Below, piece after piece: positions 12,443 through 23,360 of a stretch of DNA of 64,000 bases; the first letter of the stretch is position 1, and the number at the start of each line of letters is the position of its first letter. Below the pieces are notes generated by a model. That model ran no database searches. It saw only the letters and a list, made by a program, of their open reading frames with translations, and was not told where the DNA came from. The position numbers and the translations under genes were made by a program. Origin of the DNA: Podarcis tiliguerta (taxonomy: Eukaryota); NCBI GenBank assembly GCA_965153285.1, contig OZ229119.1; one strand, written 5' to 3'.

Positions 12443-12532
12443 GGGTGCAATCATATGCACACTTACCTGTGAGCAAGCCCCACTGAATACAACAAGACTT
12501 ACTTCTGAGTAAACAGGCATAGGCTTTCACTG
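12443..12532. mobile_element. ~90-bp palindromic MITE copy
   Basis: ggtgcaatcatatgcacacttacctgtgagcaag...acttacttctgagtaaacaggcatagg. Confidence 0.6.
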
Positions 12533-13197
12533 CCTGTGCTCCACCCTCTCTTCTGAGAATCTGCTCCTCTGCATGCGAAATTGAGCATATCATTGCTATC
12601 TCCTCTTCAGGGTGCTTCTCTCTGCCTGTGTCTCTCTTGCTCTTCTTTCTTCTTTTCTTTTTTAAATGCAGCTAGACTCCGTGGGTAATTTTCCAAGGAG
12701 ATTAGCAAGGAGCAGCAGGAACAATAAATGTTACTTAAAATAATGGGAGAAGAATTAAGGAGACAGACCTATCACAATATATCTAGCCTCCCTATTTTGC
12801 TAGGATTTGGTTTTATTGAAGGATATTTTTCTGTAGATAAGAGTAACAAATTGTCAGCTTTTCAAATCATAGGGAAGCACAATAGCTTAATTCTTTGCGA
12901 TCTCTTCTGAGTGTCTGCGCTTCATCTTCCTACAAATGAGTTCGTTGTAAAAATGTCACATCGCAGGGCTGCTGCTTCAAGGCTATTTAATATTCTTCTT
13001 TTCCTAACAGAGATATGGATTCCTTCCCTTACATCTGAGGCTGCTTTAATCAGCCTCGCATAATAGCCTAGCTCCCCAAACTGGTGTGCTTACACAAGAA
13101 AGGAACAGAAAAGCAAATTATAACATTCTGACCCGCACAAATGAAGTAACAAACTGTAACGTTTATAAGAGCTAACATTCTTCTTCTCTGCAGCTAT

Positions 13198-13531
13198 TAG
13201 ACCCTTGCAAACAAAGAATGAATTTCAGTGTATCTTTCTGCAAATGCCAAGTCTGACAGTTTGGGTCCAGGAATTCGGGTCACCGCTGTACAGTCGCAAA
13301 GCAGAAGGGAAGGGGGTGATTCCCTCCCCCCGTCCCAACTTTTGCCCTGCAGCAAATCCCTCTCCCCCTCCTCCACTCCCAATCCGCTGCCTTTCTCCAG
13401 GCATATATTTGGTGATCTGGAGGGTACCCGAATGGTATCCAAATTAGTGACGTGATGAGTTCATAGTGTTGCGTGTATAATTTCATCGTAAGTTGAGACA
13501 TCAATTACCAAAATTCTCGCCAAGGCCTTTA
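13198..13531. mobile_element. Possible old DNA transposon
   Basis: CpG-enriched block with imperfect inverted ends (tagacccttgc / gccaaggccttta). No clean TSD. Confidence 0.25.
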
Positions 13532-13867
13532 AAAACCTATGGATTTGGAAAAAACCATCCCCCCATCTGGTACCATAGTACTGAGCCCGGCTGCACTCAC
13601 TCTCCGTGGACGACTTAACAGGACTGCCAATATAACCAATATAAGAACGATTATATGAGCCTTGGGGGACAGAGTGGCTGTTTACCAGTTACCAGATTTT
13701 AATTTTGTTGTATTCCCAAGATTAATGTATATCATTAATCTCTATTATTAGTATTTTATTATTACTATTTTGTTGTTGGTTCAGCAATGGAAAATTCCCT
13801 TCCGTTGATGCCATAAGCATGTGCTTATTTTGCTTAATGGTTAATCCAGCCCTGCAGCTTCGCTATA

Positions 13868-14035
13868 CAGAGGTACCTCGGGTTACAGACGCTTCAGGTT
13901 ACAGACTCCGCTAACCCAGAAATAGTGTGGCAGCGGGAGGCCCCATTAGCTAAAGTGGTACCTCAGGTTAAGAACAGTTTCAGGTTAAGAACGGACCTCC
14001 AGAACAAATTAAGTTCTTAACCCAAGGTACCACTC
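13868..14035. mobile_element. Tc1/mariner MITE, internally deleted
   Basis: TA|CAGAGGTACCTCGG...CCAAGGTACCACTC|TA. Confidence 0.88.
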
Positions 14036-14176
14036 TATGATGATGGAGATAATGGAATTCCCATTCTGGCTGGAGTCAGCAGGGATGTAGTCCAGGTTGC
14101 CAAAGCTTGACTTAAGAGTATCAAGTCAAAGGCTGAACAAAACTGCCTTCGTCACTTGCTCACAATCCCCCAAAGC

Positions 14177-14372
14177 CAGGGGCGTTCCGAGGCGGGGGCT
14201 GGAGAGTGGCTCGCCCCGGGTGCCATTCCAAAAGAGGGGTGACAAAATGCCAATCCCCGATCAGCGGCACCTCCCAGGGCACACTCCACTCACTGTGCAC
14301 CCCCTCGGATGCATGCCACTCCCCCTTGAACACGCGCCACTCCAGGTACCAGAGCAGGTTGCTCCGCCTCTG
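14177..14372. mobile_element. GC-rich hAT-like MITE
   Basis: Ends CAGGGGCG / CGCCTCTG. 8-bp flanks cccaaagc / cccataac (6/8). Confidence 0.5.
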
Positions 14373-15428
14373 CCCATAACTTCTTGGTGGAGACAGAATA
14401 ACCAAGCCTGCCTCTAACTCTTTCATTCCTTTCCTGTTCTTAGCACTATAGCAAAGCAAACAAAGAAAGCCACGCTTATGTATCCAGACATAGCACAAGG
14501 AGCCTTGATGTCCAAGGTGAAGTCACTTTCAAAATGCAAATAAATGAGAACCTGAGCAATTCTATCCTTTAGTGTGTGCCATGGTAGCCTTAACTCTGCA
14601 ATGTTGCATGCCACAGAAAAATGAATTGTAGTGTCCTTCCCTATTTCTAGGTGGGATTTCATCACTCACCAGCAAACCAAAGTGGTGCAATTAAAGTTGA
14701 TCTGCAGATTCTGCATGTTAAACCTGCTTCTCCAGAAGATCCAACTTCTTGCAATAAGGGAAGTGAGGCGGAAATGCACCGGATCATGTGGGACAACTTT
14801 TACTTGAGACAACATCCTCTAGCCCAAACAGATCAGAAAGAAGGTTCAGTCCATAGCCAACATCACCTACCTTCCTTGCAAACAGATCAGGATGAATGCT
14901 CAATAAACAGGTCGGCTGGAATCGACTGATGCCTCCCTAGAAACCATAAGCATTGTGGAAATGTAAGCATAGCTTAACTGAGCTAAGAGCCATGCAATTA
15001 ATATTTGAGAGAAAGCAATGACTGTAAACCATGATTTGATTTGATTTTTGAATCATTTATAACCCTTTAAAATGGGGGAAGCCAGTGAGAAGGTGCAGAA
15101 AGTAGTTTGCACAGTGGATTTGCTTTTTTTTTTTCCTTAGCCGTTTCTACCCCACCTTTCAATAGAAGCCTGTTCAAGGCAGCTTCCGGCATCAGCGACA
15201 ATTGTGTTGTTTATTAAAACAATAAAGTCTGCAAGCCATAAAAAGTACACAAGGATAAAACAGTGGAGCATTTGCAGCATTAAAACGATCACATCAGAGG
15301 TTTAGAAAATTAGGAATATAAGGATGCTGAAAAGTCATTGTCAGGTAAACTTCCCTGTGCAGAACATTCCGCCAGGTAGAAGAACTACATGTTCCTCTGC
15401 TATGAAGAAACAACAACATCATTTAGCG

Positions 15429-15545
15429 CAGGCAATGACCCTCCAGGTGTTGTCAGACTCCAACTCCCATCATCCCCAGCTAGCATGGACAATGGTCAGG
15501 GATGTTGGGAGTTGTAGTCTGATGTTCGGAGGCCCACAGGTCCCC
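15429..15545. mobile_element. Palindromic hAT-type MITE (ACTACAACTCCCATCATCCC family)
   Basis: Internal inverted arms actccaactcccatcatccc / gggatgttgggagttgtagt. Confidence 0.7.
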
Positions 15546-15852
15546 TAGGCAACATGGTTGTGTATACACTACACTTACTATGCCTATCTCCACAGATCTT
15601 CCCCCCACAGATCATTGCTCACCTCTGGGACTTGGCGATCAGGCTACCTAAAGGATCACTTCCTCACACGCATACCTACCCAGACCTGAAAATATTGCTA
15701 CAAAATCCAGGTGCCTGCCCCTCTCTCTGCCCAACAGCAGCAAGAGCCCATGGGGTCCCAGGTACACTCACAGGGTCTGTGTCCCTTTGGAGAACGGAAG
15801 ACACGGTGGAGATTGTTGTGCTTTAAGAAACCAGGTTTATTCACCTATTTAC

Positions 15853-16227
15853 TGTTAGGACATTTCCGTTCCACCTTAAAAGGGAGCAGGATGCTTGTGT
15901 CACAGCCTGCGTATTTCCTGTTTCACAGGATGTTTCTGTTGTGTCTTTGCTTTCGTCTCTCTCTCTGTGCCGGAACACTGAAGCAGGCAGTCATGTTTTT
16001 CTTTGTTCTGACCAACACTGAATAAACTTGTAAATAATACTCTCCTGAGTGCATCTTTCGCTATGCATTATCTGCTGATAGAGCATGCATCGGCTCTGGA
16101 ATGTGGCAAGCTATTTCTGGAGCTCGTGTCGCTAATTGCTGATACTGCGTGTCTGCGGGAGATCGATGGACGTCCGGAGACGACGTGGAGTCATGATGGA
16201 CTTTGTCTCCCTGGCAGTATCCCAACA
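15853..16227 (+). mobile_element. Solo LTR (375 bp)
   Basis: TGTTAGGA...TCCCAACA inverted ends. Perfect 5-bp TSD TTTAC at 15848-52 and 16228-32. Internal AATAAA at 16021. CpG-rich. Confidence 0.85.
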
Positions 16228-16482
16228 TTTACACCTTCAGTCTGCCTGGAGGGAGTCCAGATCTTACGGCATGCACATTTTCAGAGGCAACAGCACAAGC
16301 AACCTTCAGGCTGCCTCCTTCAAGGATGGATCCCAACTCTCCTTCCTCCTTCTCTCTCCCAGAAACCCCTGCTCAAAAACACATCCCACCACCTTGGCAA
16401 CCTTTCAAACCCCTTTCTCTGTCCACACCTCAGGGCAGCGTGGAAGTTCTCCTGCATTGGCAACAACCCTCAATGGTCCACT

Positions 16483-16860
16483 AAAAGGTAACGGACCCCT
16501 GACAGTTAAGTCCAGTCAAAGGCGACTATGGGGTTGAGGCACTCATCTCACTTTCAGGCCGAGGGAGCTGGCGTTTGTCCACAGACAGCTTTCTGGGTCA
16601 TGTGGCCAGCATGACTAAACCGCTACTAGCACAACAGAACACCGGGACAGAAACCAGAGTGCACGGAAACACCGTTTACCTTCCCGCCGCAGCAGTACCT
16701 ATTTGTCTACTTGCACTGGCATGCTTTTGAACTGCTAGGTTGGCAGGCGCTGGGACAGAACAACGGGAGCTCACCCCATTGCACAGATTTGAACCACCAA
16801 CCTTCTGACTGGCAAGCCTAATAAGCTCAGTGGTTTAGACCACAGCACCACCCGTGTCCT
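16483..16860 (-). mobile_element. Sauria SINE
   Basis: Reverse complement of the 10593 copy, running from the AAAAGGT tail to the ...ACCCGTGTCC head. Confidence 0.92.
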
Positions 16861-17671
16861 CTATCGTTCCCTTAATGGCCCTGGCTTGGCCAGGCTGGTT
16901 TTCATAAGCCAGCCCAGGAGTTCCCTGTCTGGCACAGTTCTGCACTTTAATCCATATCCCAATTAATGATCAAAACCCTGGCATTTATTAATTTCTAGGG
17001 TTTACCCAAATCTATAACAATATTCATTCAAGGTTCCAAAGGGTCTTCTCAGTAGCAGTGCCCAATTTGTAGACTATAAAATGTAGAATACAAATTGGTA
17101 TTCTACAATGGAAAGACTTACTTAGTGCCACGACTTTCCCATGCCCTCCAACATTTCTCCGTTGCATTTCTATGATTTTATGTCCTGCCCACAATCCCAT
17201 CCCATTTCAGCTGTTTGAATGGTGTGTATCTTTGCCAGTGTTCTGCCAGTGGAGCGGCATAGTGCCAGTGGCTTGCTTTGAGATTCAGCAGTTCTGCCAT
17301 ATCCTGTAGCTCCTTGACTGGTAGGGTTTTAAGCGCTGGATTGCTCCCTCAATATCATTTCTATGCCAATCTTAGAACATTTGTATTGCATTCACAAGAC
17401 TCCCTCTGGTGGCTAATTGAACGTTCCAGAACACAAGGCAAGAGTTCCTGGAGGGTTGGCATTGTTTTGTTTTTGGCAGTCTGCGTAGTTTGCTGGATGT
17501 TGTAAAAGACTATTCCAAAAGATAATTGAAAAAATATATAAACTGGTTAAGAAGCAGAGATGTGCTATCTCCACTTTTTGGCAAGGTCCATGAAAATAAA
17601 AAAAGCAATTCAACATTATAGGAGAGCTTTCAACAACCCTGTGCCCTCCTATAATGTAATTGAACACTTGA

Positions 17672-17748
17672 CCCTTGACCATGCTGGTTGGGGTGGATGG
17701 GAATTGTAGTTCACAACATCTGGAGGATGCCACGTTGGTGAAGGCTGT
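17672..17748. mobile_element. Palindromic hAT-type MITE, partial
   Basis: gatgggaattgtagttcacaacatctggagg arm. Confidence 0.6.
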
Positions 17749-17805
17749 TCTAAGTAACTGCATCTATACACTAGAGATGGAAAGCTGAAGAATATGTCTC
17801 TAAAA

Positions 17806-18218
17806 CAGGGGTCAGCAAACTTTTTCAGCAGGGAGCCGGTCCACTGTCCCTCAGACCTTGTGGGGGTCCAGACTATATTTTGAAGGGGGGGAATGAATGA
17901 ATTCCTATGCCCCACAAATAACCCAGAGATGCATTTTAAATAAAAGCACACATTCTACTCATGTAAAAACACCTGGCAGGCCCCACAAATAACCCAGAGA
18001 TACCTTTTAAATAAAAGGACACATTCTACTCATGTAAAAACACACTGATTCCACGGGCTGGATTTAGAAGGCAATTGGGCCGGATCCGGCCCATAGTTGT
18101 CAATGTTTCCCTTTTTTTAAGGGAAATTCCCGTATTCCGAATAGGATTCCTTGCAAGAAAGGGGAAAAGTTGACAGCTATGAGATTCCGGCCCCCAAGCC
18201 TTAGTTTGCCTACCCATG
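17806..18218 (+). mobile_element. hAT-Charlie MITE (OposCharlie1/OC1-like), complete, with internal duplication and a nested MITE
   Basis: CAGGGGTCAGCAAAC...GTTTGCCTACCCATG. Perfect 8-bp TSD CTCTAAAA at 17798-17805 and 18219-18226. A ~64-bp segment is duplicated internally. Confidence 0.9.
18092..18181. mobile_element. 90-bp hAT (Tip100-like) MITE nested in the OC1-like MITE
   Basis: TIR CATAGTTGTCAA / TTGACAGCTATG. Host GATCCGGCC is imperfectly duplicated on both sides. Absent from the 36637 copy. Confidence 0.8.
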
Positions 18219-19819
18219 CTCTAAAACCTCTTACCAATATGCAAAATGGATGACATTTCCAAATGTGGCATTCCACTCTGCATTCTGATTTAATCTTCCA
18301 TTTCATTTCAGGAACAAAATTAACGGTCCCTGGATTGGTTCTTTATACTAGGTCCCAGTTGGGAATCTGCAGGTAGATTGTTTTCCTGCCAGGATAGCTG
18401 TTTAAAATTAAAACCTCTTTGTCTTTGTCCTATCAAGCAGATCTCGTGAAACTTCAGCCATATCTTGCAAGATCCCACCAAAAGTCAGTGCCGTTGCTGT
18501 TCCTTTGTAGGGCAGCCGTGCAACACAGGTGAGAGAAGTTCTACGCAGTTGGGGGCACATTCCTTTTTTGTGTCAAGTGGCAAAACAGGATGTGTTGCCC
18601 CGTCTTTCCCAATACATTTTTTCAAAGCGTTCCTTGTCCATCTCTTTCCCTGCAAAGAATCAGAGGTGTTATCAGTATGCATCTACTATCGGATGCTTTT
18701 CTGTATGTGGACACAGCAATTTTCTTCTCTGTTCAATTTCTGTGTGATTTAATGTAATCTCCACTTCGCTGATGCACTGAAAAACCTATCCGGAAACACA
18801 TTTCCTTTGAAGTTCTGCTTTTGCCGGGTGTTTGGCAAGACAAGTATTCTTACGTGCCACCATAATAGCTGCTTTTGATAAGGGCATCTTAAACTTTGTG
18901 ATGGCAGCAAACCATCTTGGCCACTGTTGATATAGCTCTGCTTAACACATCAAAACACTGCTTGCCAGATTCTCCTGTCACTAAGAGATAATGAATAGCA
19001 GGTCCTATAGACATCCACTCAATTGCATGTAGTGTATACATGTTTTCACATCCCAAAAGGGTTTTTTGCAAACACACCAAACTGCCTTTAGAAAGGAATT
19101 TGAGCAGACTTAAAAAGAAAAAAGAAAGAAATAGTTGCAAGGCTCCCTTAACACATTAATTTATTTTCTCATTTTTATCCCACCATTCCTCAGAACAGTG
19201 AACACATGGTTATTCCCTCTCCTGTTATATCTTTACAACAACCTTTAAAGGTAGCTTAGGCAGAGACAGTAACTGGGCCAAGGTCAAGTGACCTTGTGGT
19301 TGAATGGGTCTCTCTGGTCCTAGTCTGTTACCCAAAGAACAACTGGAAAGCCACAGGTTCCCCACCCTTGCATCACACCCAGGGATGTAGCATGGGTTGC
19401 TGAGACCCGGGTCGGGGCAAGTGCTGGTGGACTGGGCAGCTAGGGTGGGGCGCACACGAGAGGTGCATGCATGGAGGGTGAATGAACCCTGATTCCAACA
19501 GGCTCCTCAGGATGACTACAGGCAGATTCTGATACCAGGTGCGCATCCTGTAACTTTCGAAGCCCATGACAAAACACCCACCAGTTTTAAAGGAACAGTC
19601 ATGGTTTTCCTCTGCTCAGCGATGCCTACAAATATATATATATATGCTGGCATGTTAACTCCTTTATATCTGTAACCAGAGACAGGCAGCAAACATGCGT
19701 TTTAAACCCTGCAGCGGTCATGTGTGTGTATGTGTAGACACTTGTGGGGCAATCTGGAGTGTTGAAACAAGGCAGGGAAAGGGTTAATCACACCCTTTCC
19801 CATCCCTCCCTCCCCCCAT

Positions 19820-19953
19820 ACAGGCAAACCTTTGGCACGCCAGATGTTGCTGAACTACAACTCCTATCATCCCTGGTCATTAGCCATGCTTGCTGGGGCT
19901 GATGGGAATTGTAGTTCAGCAACATTTGGAGGACCAAAGGTTCCCCACACCTG
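19820..19953. mobile_element. Palindromic hAT-type MITE
   Basis: Arms atgttgctgaactacaactcc / ggaattgtagttcagcaacat. Confidence 0.75.
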
Positions 19954-20834
19954 GCCTCCCTGATCTCCATTAACAACCTGCTATCTAAACACTCAGTGTT
20001 GTTTTATGTGACTCTTTGCTAGAAATAGTTGGAAGGGGAGAGCACCCGTTTCTTTACGTCAGTGTACAAAAACCATCATCATTACTCCAGTTTTCAGTAT
20101 TGGTTTTCATAAGTGTGTCCTATTTAATTAGCCATGTGCATTTTGAGTTCCTACACAGGAAGCCGTCCAAGAGCGTCTAATTTTAGCATGATCTGATTTT
20201 TCTCTGGTTGCCGTTCCAAACACCTGGGGCCAGCCACATGAGTAAATTAGATTGTACTAAAATGTGTAGTAATGAGGCTCAAGCAATGGCTCCCCAAAGG
20301 GGAAGCAGAACTATATTTAGCTTTCTTCCCCTCCCCCTCTTGCAGCTAATGCTTTATTCTAATGTACAGAAATGTATGGGAGGGATGCTGCGGAGAACTC
20401 TGAAAGAAAACCACAGATAGCTGTTTAAAGGCAGAAGGTTTACTTCTGGGTAGCAAGTGCATGGCTGGTATCAGCCACTACTTGTTGGGTGGGTCACCTA
20501 TCAAACTGAAATGGCTGGGAGCATCTCTACAGAGGGCTTCTTCTGAGACCCTTCTGAGACCTTTCATGGAACTTGAGAAGATGCCTTAAACCAGGTCAGA
20601 GAACAGGTCCATTTCACCCAGCAAAATATACATCGGGAGGCTTCGTTTGCAGACCCTGTCCTTATTTTCCAGAAACAGTCCCACATTTACAGAAGCTGTC
20701 CTGGTTTCTGATTTGATCCCAGAATGTCCCGCTTTTCCTTATTACATCCCTATTTTCATCTGAGAAATGTTGGAGGATATGGAGTTATGTGGCACGCCCC
20801 CCCCCCGAGCCAAAGAGATAAGTAGCTATAAAAC

Positions 20835-20963
20835 CAGTGATTTTTTTCTGGGGGGTACGCATACCCCTATACATTTTGTGAATCAAATTTGGCCTCATTG
20901 AGGGGCAGAATTTCAATATGAGTAGGAAAATGAGAGTATCCCTAAACATTATTTTTTTTAGAA
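20835..20963. mobile_element. hAT-like MITE nested in element A
   Basis: CAGTGATTTTTTTCT...; absent from the 529-660 copy, where TATACAAC occurs once. Here the flanks are tataaaac / aatacagc. Confidence 0.65.
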
Positions 20964-21045
20964 ATACAGCCTTTAGAAGACACCTGAAGGCAGCCCTGTA
21001 TAAACAAGTTTTTGAATGTTTATTGTGTTATTATGTTTTTATATA

Positions 21046-21268
21046 CAGTGGTACCTCAAGTTAAGTATTTAATTCGTTCCGGAGGTCCGTTCTTAACCTG
21101 AAACTGTTAACCTGAAGCACCACTTTAGCTAATGGGGCCTCCTGCTGCCACCGCGCTGCCGGAGCCCAATTTCTGTTCTTATCCTGAAGCAAAGTATTTA
21201 ACCTGAAGAACTATTTCTGGGTTAGCGGAGAGTGTAACCTGAAGCGTATGTAACCCGAGGTACCACTG
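21046..21268. mobile_element. Tc1/mariner MITE
   Basis: TA|CAGTGGTACCTC...GAGGTACCACTG|TA. Confidence 0.92.
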
Positions 21269-21696
21269 TATCTCAGAAGTCACCAGAGTAGCTGGGGCAA
21301 CCCAGTCAGATAGGCAGAGTATAAATAATAAAATTATTATTAATAATAATACGGAATAGGACGTCCCTATTTTCACCGGAGAAATGTTGGAGGGTATGAG
21401 TTTGATCAGAATTGAGTATACACTTCCAGAGTTAATGCTAAATACTTCTGGTAAATGAGCCACCATAGCTGCTAGAGGGCCATGAAAAGGTGTGTCCTGG
21501 GCTTTTTAGACTTGTCTACCCATGTACTATCTGAAACCAAAGCAACGCACTGGTTGCCAGATGTGATTTTTTTTCTAGCTCTCCTCCCCCTCTTCCAGGA
21601 TGAGCTGCTGTTCTCTGTCAAGCATGCAAGTGGTTGCAAACCCACTTACACCAGGTGGGAAATGACCCGAAGGTACTGTTTGCAAGAAATAAGAAG

Positions 21697-21842
21697 CAGT
21701 GGCGTAGCGTGGGGGGTGCAGGGGGGCCGGGTGCAACATCTGGGGGGGCGGGCTCGCACTCGCAGCTCTCTGCCCCTACCGGGTTAGGGAGTGCAAATTA
21801 CTTGCCTTGCCCCGGGTGCGGACAACCCACGCTACGCCACTG
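21697..21842. mobile_element. Young hAT MITE (146 bp)
   Basis: Perfect 17-bp TIR CAGTGGCGTAGCGTGGG and perfect 8-bp TSD ATAAGAAG. Confidence 0.93.
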
Positions 21843-21864
21843 ATAAGAAGAGCTTTAAATGGCA

Positions 21865-21990
21865 TAGAGTCACGCGCCACTTTAAAAACTAACAAGTATG
21901 GTGTAAGCCGCTTTTATGATAAGCTTTCAAGGATTCAAGCCCATTTCGTGAGATGCATGAAGTGAAATCGTAGCTGGCAGGTATATTAAT
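21865..21990. mobile_element. Penelope-like terminal remnant
   Basis: aaaactaacaa...ataagctttc...gcccatttcgtgagatgcatgaagtg resembles recalled sauropsid Penelope termini. Confidence 0.5.
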
Positions 21991-23268
21991 GAGAAAACTG
22001 TAAAGCGGGAGTTGAATGGCAAGAAGATGCAAAAAAAATTACAGCCAGTGAAAATTAGAGCATAAATGTATGTTAAATAGGCACACAGTAGCAGATTCAA
22101 GGTGCCAAGTCCCTGGAGCCCTGGGTGCTTGAGCACCCACAAAATTTCCCATGAAGGGACTGGGCACCCACAAATTTGGGTACCAGGGCCATGCACACTG
22201 CATGGCACCCACGGCCCTGGGCTCCCAGGGTTCTGGGCTAAGCTGCACTCCTGAGCTGATCGGTGATAAGCATTGTGGAGATGATTGCATCAACCTCTGT
22301 AGTGGAGCCAGGAACTATTCGCAAGAAACAAGTCACAGATAGCACAGATACCCTGGCATTGCTCAGTTGACTAACACACACAAGGTGATTAAAAAACAAA
22401 CAATCCTTTGTCTTGATTTAACTCACAAACGATAACACCGTATTTCTTGAGAAATTGCAATCCATGATGCACTTTTCCTTTGCTCCCAAATGCCTGCCTT
22501 GTCCACCACAGAAGGTTCTGGGAAGTTAAATTGTTCTCCCATTGTTTTATGAATATTAGCATTGATTTTTTTTATTTCATTTTTTTGCATAAAGAAAATC
22601 AGCTATATTCATACTGCTGGACTCTCCAACAGTAGATGCAGAGATCGTTTACAAAGGTCTCCCATCAGAAGCGGTGTAGGACACGGAACTCTAATGAGCT
22701 TTTATTTTTCGCATTCCTTTTTGTGCAAGTAACCTCAAAGATACTGGAAATAGAGCTGATATTTAAGTATGCAGAAGAACTGCTCTTTTTTCTTCAGTGC
22801 TTTAAGAAGCCCTGAGGAGAGAAGCAAATTAATCAGAAATAGAGGATGATGAGAATAGGTAACAAGGGACTGCCTCTTCATTTCTGTGTGCAGAAGCAAT
22901 TAATGTGCACAGAATGCCTATTAATTGGAGCAGATTTTTATTGCTGCTGGAGCACAGCTATATACACCAACCTGACTTCCGTGCCAAGTTGCTATTCTTA
23001 TTGTACGGCGTAATAAAAATGGCATAATAGTATATAGGATACAAATTTAACAGCATGGGAAAGGAAGAGTGCCAGTCATCTATCGCACTAATAAATACTG
23101 CATCTTAGAAGAAAGAAATGCGACTGCAGCAACTCTGCAGTCAGATGTGGGAAAAGACACATTTTAAAAGATTTATATCCCACTTAAAAAAAACAATGGG
23201 AGAATGTGATGTTAACATTTGTCCCGACTGTCTAGTGTTCCTATTGCTGTCTTTTAAGAGGCCTATGA

Positions 23269-23360
23269 GGCTACAATCCTGTGTACATTTACTTGGGAAT
23301 AATTCTCCCCCCCCCATTGAACTCTATGGGACTTACTTCTGAGTAAACATGCATAAGAAC
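23269..23360. mobile_element. ~90-bp palindromic MITE copy
   Basis: ggctacaatcctgtgtacatttacttggga...gggacttacttctgagtaaacatgcataag. Confidence 0.6.

Larger units (their letters stand above)
20650..21398 (+). mobile_element. Element A composite MITE, full span, with two nested MITEs
   Basis: Left end CAGACCCT..., right end GAAATGTTGGAGGGTATG (inverted relative to CAGACCCTCCAA). Carries an L2-type 3' tail internally. Confidence 0.75.
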
